Under the pieces are notes generated by a model. It was not told where the DNA came from, ran no database searches, and saw only the letters and a list, made by a program, of their open reading frames with translations. Below, piece by piece: positions 8,274 to 16,570 of a stretch of DNA of 64,000 nucleotides (position 1 is the first letter of the stretch; every line of letters starts with the position of its first letter). The position numbers and the translations under genes are program-made. The DNA comes from Hyphococcus sp. Its GTDB lineage: Bacteria > Pseudomonadota > Alphaproteobacteria > Caulobacterales > Parvularculaceae. Location of the stretch: the NCBI GenBank assembly GCA_965230025.1, contig CBDDKD010000005.1, positions 17,964 to 81,963 of the forward strand. The letters are read 5' to 3'.

Positions 8274-8873
8274 TTAAAGCCCGTAGAGTGTAGCGACGTC
8301 ATCGGGTACTTTTGACATGTCGATGACAATCCCGCGCTGGTCGCCAAGCCGTCCGACGATTGCGCCAATCTCCTGGGGCGTGCTGGCGTTCGTTGCGCGA
8401 ACTTCCATTGCGACAGCGTCGAAGAAATCGTCGAATTCTCCCTGGGACGCACCCACAAGCAATACCGCATCCTTATCGCTTGAGTTCCACAAGGCATGTA
8501 GGCCATGACGCGGCAGAAGCACAAAACCGCCAGCCGAGATGGTCTTCCGGTCGTCGTCGGTCATGAATGTCACACTGCCTTCCCTGACATAGAAAAACTC
8601 ATCCTCATGTGTGTGTGTATGAGGCGGGGCGCCTGCCGCGCCCGCTGCAATACTGATTTCAAAAAAACTCATCCCAGCCACATTTGAGTCGGCGCCGGCA
8701 AGCCGAAGTGTCGGGTGGAGTGGAAAGGCGATGGCTTCGCCTTCTCCTTCATTTAATACAACTGCCGGCAGGTTTTTTTCGGCATTTTCGTGGTGTTCCG
8801 CAGAGGCCGGTCCGAAGGCCAATAGGGTTAGCGTTGCAATACCAGCGACTGAGCTGAGCCGAATTGGATTCAT
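8274..8873 (-). CDS. Secreted cupin-domain protein
   Basis: Signal peptide; cupin motifs PPHTHTHEDEFFYVREG and GGFVLLPRHGLH. Confidence 0.9.
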   Translation of the reverse strand: MNPIRLSSVAGIATLTLLAFGPASAEHHENAEKNLPAVVLNEGEGEAIAFPLHPTLRLAGADSNVAGMSFFEISIAAGAAGAPPHTHTHEDEFFYVREGSVTFMTDDDRKTISAGGFVLLPRHGLHALWNSSDKDAVLLVGASQGEFDDFFDAVAMEVRATNASTPQEIGAIVGRLGDQRGIVIDMSKVPDDVATLYGL

Positions 8874-8958
8874 GGCGGTTTTCCCTTTATTTCAGTCCAG
8901 CATTAAAGCAAGAGCTGGATCAAAACAAAATGGCCGCCGCCAAGCGAATGTTTCCTTA

Positions 8959-9120
8959 TGGCCCAATAACCGCGATGGCGGCGCGTCCTGCGGGCGCGGG
9001 CTTAATCGGCGAGGCCGACACCAGCCTCGACGGCGGCCCCGGCGTGAGGCTGGAAAAGGCGGGGGATTAAGGGGGTGGGGCGCCATTAGCGCAAACGCCA
9101 AACCTGTTTGCAGACATTCA
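8959..9120 (+). repeat. XRE-tail repeat copy F
   Basis: Same left arm as copy E, then GLIGEADTSLDGGPGVRLEKAGD* (ends 9070). The right extension GGGGCGCCATTAGCG...GTTT resembles 14841-14885. Confidence 0.9.
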
Positions 9121-9312
9121 ACAATTGCTCGCCTGGCGTCTGTTATCGCACAAAAGCGGTCATTGTAGTTAAGGGCTATGATCGGCGTCATGCGGCTTTA
9201 TCAGGACGTTGACCTTGATTAATTGAATGTCCTGAAACGATGGTTTATTTGCCGTAGCCACTGGCCATGAATTGCCAGCCCGGAAGATCGAAACACCGTG
9301 TATGTTGGCAGT

Positions 9313-10320
9313 ATGAGCCAGATTACAGCACTTTATGTCTACAAAGTTGTCGGTGAGGCGAGCCCTGGCATCGAAACACGAGATTTGGTTGAGGGCCTGG
9401 GCCTCGCTGCGGACGGTCCTATCGATCCGGCTCAAATGGTGCCGTCATCAGAATACTATGACTTCTTCGCTGCGCTTGCAGATCGAGACCCCGAAGGTCT
9501 GATTTTGCCTCTCCGTATAGGCGCAGCCATGCGGAGCAACGAATATGGCGCTTTCGGTCTCGCATGGAAATCGGCGCCGAACTTGCGCGGTTCATATGCC
9601 AGGTCAGAACGATATGGCCACGTTCTTGGCAGTGCAGAAACCTATTCACTCGAAAAGTCTTCGGATGGTCTGTTTTTCAATCTTGAGAAGGCGGGCGATG
9701 GACGCCCAGGCATGCTTCTGTCTAACGAGGCCAGCATGTCTGCAGTGGATACCATCAGCAAGGAAGTCAGTACCGAGAGTTTCATGCCGCTTGCAGTTTA
9801 TTTCAAGCATGCCCCTAGGGGCGATACTTCAATCTACGAAGCGCATTTCGGCTGCCCGGTCCATTTCGAGTCCGGGCGAGACGCCCTTCTGGTCAGTGAA
9901 GAAAGTATAGACGCTCCAAACAAACTTGGGGATGAAACCATCGCCAAGTTTTTTGATCGCCACCTAGAGCAAGAACTGGCTTCGCTGACAGGCGATAGCG
10001 GTTTGGAACAAGAGGTTCGGCGCGCCGTGGCGAATGTGTTAAGCGAGGGCGTACCGACGCTTTCTCTTATCGCATCAGAGCTGGGCGTTGGCGCTCGGAC
10101 GTTGCAGCGGCGCCTGTCGGATAAGGGCTACTCTTTTCAGACCGTTGTGGATATGGCCCGAAAGGATCTGGCGCAGCGGCTGCTTCGCGAAACCGATTAT
10201 AGTCTTGCCGAAGTCGCCTTCCTTACGGGTTTTGCCGAGCAAAGCGGCTTCACAAGGGCGTTCAAGCGTTGGGCAGGCCAGACGCCTCGCTCTTATCGAC
10301 TGGGCGCTGGCCAAGGCTAG
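9313..10320 (+). CDS. AraC-family transcriptional regulator
   Basis: C-terminal RTLQRRL...LAEVAFLTGFAEQSGFTRAFKRWAGQTPRSYR; ATG at 9313. Confidence 0.95.
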   Translation: MSQITALYVYKVVGEASPGIETRDLVEGLGLAADGPIDPAQMVPSSEYYDFFAALADRDPEGLILPLRIGAAMRSNEYGAFGLAWKSAPNLRGSYARSERYGHVLGSAETYSLEKSSDGLFFNLEKAGDGRPGMLLSNEASMSAVDTISKEVSTESFMPLAVYFKHAPRGDTSIYEAHFGCPVHFESGRDALLVSEESIDAPNKLGDETIAKFFDRHLEQELASLTGDSGLEQEVRRAVANVLSEGVPTLSLIASELGVGARTLQRRLSDKGYSFQTVVDMARKDLAQRLLRETDYSLAEVAFLTGFAEQSGFTRAFKRWAGQTPRSYRLGAGQG

Positions 10321-10426
10321 AGCCTGCGGTTGTCGCCATCTGCCAAAACTCTGGCATGAGCTGACAAGAACCTCGAGCGGCCTTTTCATAGGAATTGACT
10401 TGCTGAAATCTAAATGGAGCACGTCA

Positions 10427-11272
10427 ATGAACTTACAGACTAAACAACAAGACCTCACTCTCGTTCTAGGAGGCGCCGGAAAAACCGGACGCCGTGTCGC
10501 CGAACGTCTAACAGCAAAGGGTCACGCGGTCCGCATCGGATCACGATCGGCGGTTCCATCCTTTGACTGGGACAATGAGAAAAGCTGGGACGCCTGCCTG
10601 GAGGGCGTGACAGCAGCCTACATCACCTATGCGCCGGACCTTGCGATGCCTGGCGCTACGGACGCCATTCAGGCTTTTGTCGACCTCGCGAAACATCGCG
10701 GTGTTAAACGACTCGTTCTCTTGTCAGGCCGCGGCGAAGAAGAAGCCCAGGCCTGCGAGCGGATCGTTCAGACTTCCGGTCTTGAATGGACAATCGTTCG
10801 GGCAAGCTGGTTCAATCAGAACTTCTCCGAAGGCGCCTTCATCGACATGGTTCTGAACGGTGCGATCACCCTGCCAGCAGGCGATCAGGTTGAGCCCTTT
10901 GTGGATGTCGATGACATTGCCGATGTCGCCGTCGCGGCTTTCACCGAAGACCACCATATTGGCGAGGTCTACGAAGTGACGGGTCCACGATTGATGACAA
11001 TCGCCGATGTGGCGGCAGATCTATCCCGTGCAACGGGCCGTGAGATCGCCTTTGTGGATGTTCCTCACGAAGCCTTTGTATCAGAGCTCGCAAACTCCGG
11101 CGCGCCCAAAGATGTGGTCTGGATGCTGGACTATCTTTTCTCAACCGTCCTCGATGGCCGCAACGCACAACTTACAGATGGCGTTCAGCGAGCCCTGGGG
11201 CGAGAACCCAAAGACTTCGCTGAATATGCGAACGAAGCAGCGAAATCGGGAATCTGGAAAACGGCGGCGTAA
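10427..11272 (+). CDS. NmrA-like NAD(P)-binding protein
   Basis: GGAG RBS; LVLGGAGKTGRRV Rossmann motif; WTIVRASWFNQNF. Confidence 0.9.
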   Translation: MNLQTKQQDLTLVLGGAGKTGRRVAERLTAKGHAVRIGSRSAVPSFDWDNEKSWDACLEGVTAAYITYAPDLAMPGATDAIQAFVDLAKHRGVKRLVLLSGRGEEEAQACERIVQTSGLEWTIVRASWFNQNFSEGAFIDMVLNGAITLPAGDQVEPFVDVDDIADVAVAAFTEDHHIGEVYEVTGPRLMTIADVAADLSRATGREIAFVDVPHEAFVSELANSGAPKDVVWMLDYLFSTVLDGRNAQLTDGVQRALGREPKDFAEYANEAAKSGIWKTAA

Positions 11273-11369
11273 GTCGCGCCATTGGCTCGACAGCAACATT
11301 GGCGAGTCAATTTTTCATGCAGTCCGCGAATTAACACCAAGCAGTCTAGAAATTCGAAAAGGAATATTC

Positions 11370-11864
11370 ATGTCTGATCATTGGACAGTATACGCATGCC
11401 TCCTCATTGGATTAAACGCCGCGCTTGTCGGCGGTGTTTTCCAGTCTTTCTCCGACTTTGTTATGAGGGGGCTTATTCAGGGATCGGCAGTCTCTGGCGT
11501 CGAAAGTATGCAAGGAATCAACCGGACCGTGTTTCGATCGGTCTTTTTGACAACATTTTTCCTGCTAGCGCCCATCACACTCGCCATGACATACGTCGCG
11601 CTCACTCAGCTTGACGGCGCGGCGCAACGGTTCATCATTTTTGGCGCGATCACATATATAACGCTGGTATTCGTTGTCACCATAGTCGGTAATGCTCCAA
11701 TGAACGAGCGCTTGGCAAAGCTGTCTGCGGATTCAGCAGAGGCGGTTCAATATTGGGAAACCTACGGACAGAATTGGGTCCGGTGGAATCACGTTCGAAC
11801 CATTGGCTCTATCGTGACATCGGGAAGCTATCTGTTTGCGATGCTGTTGCTCACGAAGGTCTGA
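11370..11864 (+). CDS. DUF1772/anthrone oxygenase family membrane protein
   Basis: GGVFQSFSDFVM, MQGIN, GNAPMNERL and WVRWNHVRT motifs. Confidence 0.88.
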   Translation: MSDHWTVYACLLIGLNAALVGGVFQSFSDFVMRGLIQGSAVSGVESMQGINRTVFRSVFLTTFFLLAPITLAMTYVALTQLDGAAQRFIIFGAITYITLVFVVTIVGNAPMNERLAKLSADSAEAVQYWETYGQNWVRWNHVRTIGSIVTSGSYLFAMLLLTKV

Positions 11865-11926
11865 AAAGCCGATCCGCTGCCGTTTCCAAAACCCTCAAAT
11901 TTTATCGCATTCTACGGAGAAACATC

Positions 11927-13189
11927 ATGAAATTGTTGAAACTCGGCTTTCTTACAATTGGCTCATTAATAGCAATCGCAATCTGGTCCGCTTTCGCCGT
12001 CTTTGTCGGGTTTTATGGCTGGTGGATGAAACCGATCGCGCCTAGGGACGATCACACCGCGTTCCATGTCGAAGCCACGCGTATGATTGAGGCGTCTAAT
12101 CTCGGTAATACGGCATTGATACTCGTAGAGAATGGAGAAATTGTCGGGGAACACTATGCGAAACCTGAACGATTGATTGATGGTGACACGGTCTTTCCAA
12201 CATCGTCATTCAGTAAGTGGATAACGGCGCTTGGCGTCATGTTACTGGCTGAAGATGGACTGATCGATCTCGATGACCCAGTCTCCATTCACCTGACGCG
12301 CTGGCGGCTACCGGATAGTCCGTACAACGAAGCCGACGTCACAATCCAACGCCTACTCAGCCATACGGCTGGCCTCACCGACGAATTGGGGTTTGGCGAT
12401 TATGAAGTCAATGAAACCCTGCCTACACTCGAGCATTCATTGAGTAATCCGCGCGCATCATCCGGAAATGATGTTGAAATAGCGGTTGGCGCCGAGCCTG
12501 GAAAGGAGTTTGCCTACTCTGGCGGCGGTTATCTCATCTTACAACTACTAATCGAAGAGGTGTCGGGTCAGGAATATCAGAGCTACATCAAACAGAAGAT
12601 TCTAGAGCCGCTTGAGATGCGTCATTCCTCTTTCGATTTCATTGGCAGTATCGAAGGCGCGACTGAATCTTTTGATATGGCTGGCAATCTGGCTCCGCAA
12701 TATCAATATGCCGCCGCCGGCGCCACGGGGTTTGTTACTTCTGCCGCTGATTTGACACGACTGGTAAAGGCGATAGCTGGTGCAGATACTGCGCTCAGTC
12801 TAAGCGCCGAAAGACTGCAATCGATGCGTGAGCCCGAAGCCTATGTCTATGGCGCCGGCATTTGGGGACTTGGAACAATGCTTTATGCGCCGACGCGCGC
12901 TGGCGTCGACTATGTATACGGTCATGACGGCGCCAATGAGCCGGCTATCAATGTCTCTGTGCGTATCAACCCAGAAACGAACGACGCCTATATCATGTTG
13001 GTCAATGGACACCCGTCGCTGGCATCCGATGTTGGCGCCGAATGGGTGCTTTGGCAGACAGGTAGTCCCGACTTTTTGTCGACGGATCGAGTGTTGAAAA
13101 GCGTCCTCTTACCGGCGCTTATTGGAAGTGCAATTATTCTCTTGTTGGTTTTTGTATTGTCGAGACGGTCGTTCAAGCTACGCGCGTAG
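11927..13189 (+). CDS. Serine hydrolase (beta-lactamase/AmpC-like family), membrane-anchored
   Basis: SxxK (SFSK), LLSHTAGL, YSGGGY and GHDG motifs; hydrophobic termini. Confidence 0.9.
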   Translation: MKLLKLGFLTIGSLIAIAIWSAFAVFVGFYGWWMKPIAPRDDHTAFHVEATRMIEASNLGNTALILVENGEIVGEHYAKPERLIDGDTVFPTSSFSKWITALGVMLLAEDGLIDLDDPVSIHLTRWRLPDSPYNEADVTIQRLLSHTAGLTDELGFGDYEVNETLPTLEHSLSNPRASSGNDVEIAVGAEPGKEFAYSGGGYLILQLLIEEVSGQEYQSYIKQKILEPLEMRHSSFDFIGSIEGATESFDMAGNLAPQYQYAAAGATGFVTSAADLTRLVKAIAGADTALSLSAERLQSMREPEAYVYGAGIWGLGTMLYAPTRAGVDYVYGHDGANEPAINVSVRINPETNDAYIMLVNGHPSLASDVGAEWVLWQTGSPDFLSTDRVLKSVLLPALIGSAIILLLVFVLSRRSFKLRA

Positions 13190-13198
13190 TTTGGGTTC

Positions 13199-13807
13199 CT
13201 ATGTCCGGTATGAGGATTTACCAGCCATTTGGATTGTCGCGGCCAGACTTCCGATCTCTGCCCGCAGCGTCTCGTCCTCTTCGTGCGCGAGGTCGTCGCG
13301 GCCGGTGAGGGCGATCATGTCGTCATGGGCGGAGAAGGCCAGCATGTCTGCATTGTCTGTGAACTGACCAGAGCTTACATCCGGGCTGGCGCGCCGCCAC
13401 AGGGCGAGTTTCAACGCGACCCCGTCAAGGCGCGCCGCTCGTGTCGCGGCGATGGCGGTGAGGGCGCTTCGCTGCGCGTCCCAGAACGCGGCTTGGCGCG
13501 CCAGCACGCCTCGCACCGCAGGGCAGTCGTCCCATGAGACGCCGCGCGCGGTCGCCGCTTTTTCGGCGCGTTCCAGCGCGTCGAGGCTCGCCTCCAATTC
13601 GGCGTCGTAGGTCAGCCAGTCGGCGTATAAGTTGAAGAGGCGCGCGTCGTCTCCGCCGCCGCCCGCGAGCGGGAATGAAACCGCGGTAGCGGGTGAGAGG
13701 GCGGTGGCGGGCGCGAGCAGCGCGGCCTTAAGCAGGCGTCGTCGATGGGTCATCGCGTCATCGGTTTTCACTTGGGGTTTTGAGACGGCTTCCTTGAATT
13801 TGGACAT
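13199..13807 (-). CDS. Tat-signal-like hypothetical protein (alternative start 13753)
   Basis: MTHRRRLLKAALLAPA; a close paralog lies at 1..484. Confidence 0.8.
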   Translation of the reverse strand: MSKFKEAVSKPQVKTDDAMTHRRRLLKAALLAPATALSPATAVSFPLAGGGGDDARLFNLYADWLTYDAELEASLDALERAEKAATARGVSWDDCPAVRGVLARQAAFWDAQRSALTAIAATRAARLDGVALKLALWRRASPDVSSGQFTDNADMLAFSAHDDMIALTGRDDLAHEEDETLRAEIGSLAATIQMAGKSSYRT

Positions 13808-13981
13808 AGATGTTCCTTATTCGATTGTTTTTCAATCGAATGTGGGTTAAAATGTTTCACTGACTACAAGACAAGTTACGCACTCAAGACAAATACACGC
13901 TTTTATTCCCAATATGGTACAAATTATACCATTTATATTCGAAAGTAAACCATTAATCGCCTGTTTTTGGAAAAAAACTAG

Positions 13982-14236
13982 ATGATTACAGGTGCGCAAA
14001 TTCGCATGGCGCGCGGACATCTGCGCTGGTCGGTCAAAGACCTGCACGAGAAAAGCGGCGTCGGCACATCGACTATTAAGCGCATGGAAGAAGTCGACGG
14101 CGTCTCCAACGCCCGCGGCGGCAGCATGGAAGCTGTGCGCAAGACTTTCGAAGCGGAAGGCATACGTTTTGTCGGCGACAAGGAAGCGAGCCTCGCCGGC
14201 GGCCCAGGCGTCCGGCTGGAAAAAGCGCCGGATTGA
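13982..14236 (+). CDS. XRE-family HTH regulator
   Basis: MITGAQIRMARGHLRWSVKDL...GVGTSTIKRME...EGIRFVGDKEASLAGGPGVRL. Confidence 0.9.
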   Translation: MITGAQIRMARGHLRWSVKDLHEKSGVGTSTIKRMEEVDGVSNARGGSMEAVRKTFEAEGIRFVGDKEASLAGGPGVRLEKAPD

Positions 14237-14245
14237 AGCTCCGGC

Positions 14246-14485
14246 ATGATTACGCCCGAACAGTGTCGAGCTGCGCGCGCCCTTCTGGACTGGACCCAGA
14301 AGGACCTCGCGGAGCGTGCAAACATCAGTAATCAGACGGTTCGCAATTTCGAGCACCGCACCAGCCAGTTGAAAGACAGCACCGCCAAGCTGCTCCGCAT
14401 GATTTTCGAAGCGGAGGGCGTCGTCCTGCTCGACTCCAATGGCGGCGGCCCCGGCGCGCGTCTCGCCAAACCGGTCGACGACTAG
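14246..14485 (+). CDS. XRE-family HTH regulator
   Basis: MITPEQCRAARALLDWTQKDLA...TVRNFE...NGGGPGARL. Confidence 0.9.
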   Translation: MITPEQCRAARALLDWTQKDLAERANISNQTVRNFEHRTSQLKDSTAKLLRMIFEAEGVVLLDSNGGGPGARLAKPVDD

Positions 14486-14542
14486 TTTTTTACGGTCGCG
14501 AAAACCGCCATCCTTAGAATGGGAAGCTATTATGTAAAAACG

Positions 14543-14625
14543 TGTCATTGCCGGACTTGTTCCGGCAATCCAGTCTTTGTGGGGAAGTCCGATTCTGGAT
14601 CACCGGGACAAGCCCGGTGATGACA
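14543..14625. repeat. REP-like palindromic doublet 3
   Basis: TGTCATTGCCGGACTTGTTCCGGCAATCCAG (the exact reverse complement of 4111-4141) and CTGGATCACCGGGACAAGCCCGGTGATGACA. Confidence 0.85.
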
Positions 14626-14639
14626 AGGGTCGGGAGGAA

Positions 14640-14834
14640 CTGCACGAGAAAAGCGGTGTCGGTACATCCACTATTAAGCGCATGGAAGAAGTCGACGGCG
14701 TCTCCAACGCCCGCGGCGGCAGCATGGAAGCTGTGCGCAAGACTTTCGAAGCGGAAGGCATACGCTTTGTCGGCGACAAGGAAGCGAGCCTCGACGGCGG
14801 CCCCGGAGTGAGGCTGGAGAAGGTGGGGGATTAA
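14640..14834 (+). pseudogene. 5'-truncated duplicate of XRE gene 13982 (XRE-tail repeat copy G)
   Basis: Near-identical to 14042-14200 but diverges from the GGPG core onward (VRLEKVGD-TAA versus VRLEKAPD-TGA). Confidence 0.9.
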
Positions 14835-15089
14835 GAGCGCGGGGCGCCGTTAGCGAACAACGCGAATCCAGTTTTTGAAACATCAGCCGCCAAGTCGGAA
14901 GTTCGCCAGAAACGGACGTTCAGGAATAGTGCTACAAACTTCCGCTAAGAGCGTAAGACCGGACATTGATTAAAATTTACGAACGACCGATTTGTGGTAT
15001 GTTTTTGCTTTAGCCTTAATTGGAGCGAATTGAGCACGTTCAGTCGCTGTCTATTCCGGAATCAATCGATCCTTCGAAGGAGCCTAGTG

Positions 15090-15965
15090 ATGTGGCGTCA
15101 TGCTGGTTTAAACGACCATATTAACGTCGAACCATTCCATAATGATTGCATCTTCTGTCGAACGACTATGGTGTCACAAAGGGTCGACAGTTTTCGACAT
15201 GTTGATGAAGAGATAATTGCCCAGCATCATTTGCAAGCGGTAGAAGAGGGCATTCTTTACGCAGGCTATCCACGCGAACATCGCGAGATTACCTCAGACA
15301 TGAGCGTATTTGACGTCTGCTTTCAGTGCTGCCCCATATGCGGATGGTGGAACGTATTGCAACAAGTCGAATATGATGTGATCGGAAATTCTTATCAAGC
15401 GTATCAATATGCTGCTGGTGCTCTGGCCAAGAACAGTGATGCTAACGTTGAGCAGGCCATATCTGAAGTTCGACGTTATCTTTGTGCTAAGTTTGATTTT
15501 AGATTCGAGATAAACCCGGTCAAACTTGAAGAAGTTATTGCCAGTGTTTTCCGTTCCCTTAAGTGTGACGTAGAATTGACGAGCCTCTCGAATGACGGCG
15601 GAATCGATGTCTTTGGTTACGATCAAGCCGGCGAGGTTTTTGGGGTTCAGGTTAAGCGGTATAGAGAACGAATTAAGATTTCACAGCTCCGCGAGTTTGT
15701 GGGGGCGCTACTGTTAGACGGTACCCCAAGAGGGATTTTTGTCACAACATCTGATTTTACCGCCGGAGCTTCCAAGTTATGTGAACAGGCTCATCTTGCG
15801 GGCATTCAACTAGAGCTAGTGGATTCTAAGAAACTGTTTGAGATGATCAAAGCTGCTCAAATCGAAGATTTTGACATCGCAAGCGTCGGAGAACTGGCTG
15901 AGGCCTATTTGAGCAACATAGAAACGCTCAACTTCAGTTGCACCCATCACATACGCAGCCTGTAA
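15090..15965 (+). CDS. Mrr-type restriction endonuclease with N-terminal Cys motifs
   Basis: DGGIDV...VQVKRY and GIFVTTSDFT (Mrr_cat); CIFC and CPICGWW; AGGAG upstream; AT-rich. Confidence 0.88.
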   Translation: MWRHAGLNDHINVEPFHNDCIFCRTTMVSQRVDSFRHVDEEIIAQHHLQAVEEGILYAGYPREHREITSDMSVFDVCFQCCPICGWWNVLQQVEYDVIGNSYQAYQYAAGALAKNSDANVEQAISEVRRYLCAKFDFRFEINPVKLEEVIASVFRSLKCDVELTSLSNDGGIDVFGYDQAGEVFGVQVKRYRERIKISQLREFVGALLLDGTPRGIFVTTSDFTAGASKLCEQAHLAGIQLELVDSKKLFEMIKAAQIEDFDIASVGELAEAYLSNIETLNFSCTHHIRSL

Positions 15966-16230
15966 ACCTTAAAAGCTTGAGTTTAGCCCAAGGTCAACGC
16001 CATTACTGGAGAACAAGTTGAACGAGTGAGCCGTGACGTCGACTGGGGCGAAAACCTTCCCCACAGGATGAAATCTGATATTTCAGAGGTTTATTGGCAT
16101 TTTATGCTAACAATACCTGTATCGGGGATATTTTACCGCAAAAAATTGTTGCATCGCAACAATCGCCTCCCTATCGTTGCGCGTTGGTCCGGGGGATTCC
16201 CGGCGATGAAAAACGAGAGCGGCGACCCGG

Positions 16231-16569
16231 ATGAAATACATCATCGCAGTGATAAAGCCCGAAAAGCTGGACGCGGTGCGCGATGCGCTGACCGCGCTCG
16301 GCGTTGAGGGCATGACCTTGTCGGACGTGAAAGGCTTTGGCCGTCAGAAGGGCCATAGCGAGATCTATCGCGGCGCTGAATACAAGATCGATTTCACCCC
16401 CAAGATAAAGATCGAGATCGCCGTAGAGGGATCGCGAACCCCGCGCGTGGTCGAGGCGATCCGCGATGCGGCGCGAACCGACCGCATCGGCGCCGGCAAA
16501 ATCTTCGTTGTCGACCTGGAAGAGGCCGTGCGGGTGCGCACCGGCGAAACCGGCGCGGCGGCGCTCTGA
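16231..16569 (+). CDS. glnK: P-II nitrogen regulator
   Basis: KGFGRQKGHSEIYRGAEY T-loop and GKIFV; immediately upstream of amtB. Confidence 0.95.
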   Translation: MKYIIAVIKPEKLDAVRDALTALGVEGMTLSDVKGFGRQKGHSEIYRGAEYKIDFTPKIKIEIAVEGSRTPRVVEAIRDAARTDRIGAGKIFVVDLEEAVRVRTGETGAAAL

Positions 16570-16570
16570 C

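Noticed and set aside
11927-13189. Antibiotic-resistance beta-lactamase
   Set aside because: It has generic serine-hydrolase motifs with membrane anchors, and nothing supports resistance activity.
4031-14811. ORFs running through REP doublets (4031..4294, 7262..7633, 14542..14811, start of 14577..14834)
   Set aside because: They are read-throughs of palindromic repeats or antisense to real genes.
778-14885. CRISPR array or classical integron as the explanation for the repeats
   Set aside because: Spacing is 0.1-5 kb and irregular, the repeats are gene-derived, no cas or intI gene is present, and no canonical attC RYYYAAC/GTTRRRY pairs were recognised.
16095-16108. Sigma-54 promoter for glnK (TGGCATTTTATGC)
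   Set aside because: GG-to-GC spacing is 8 nt rather than the required 10.
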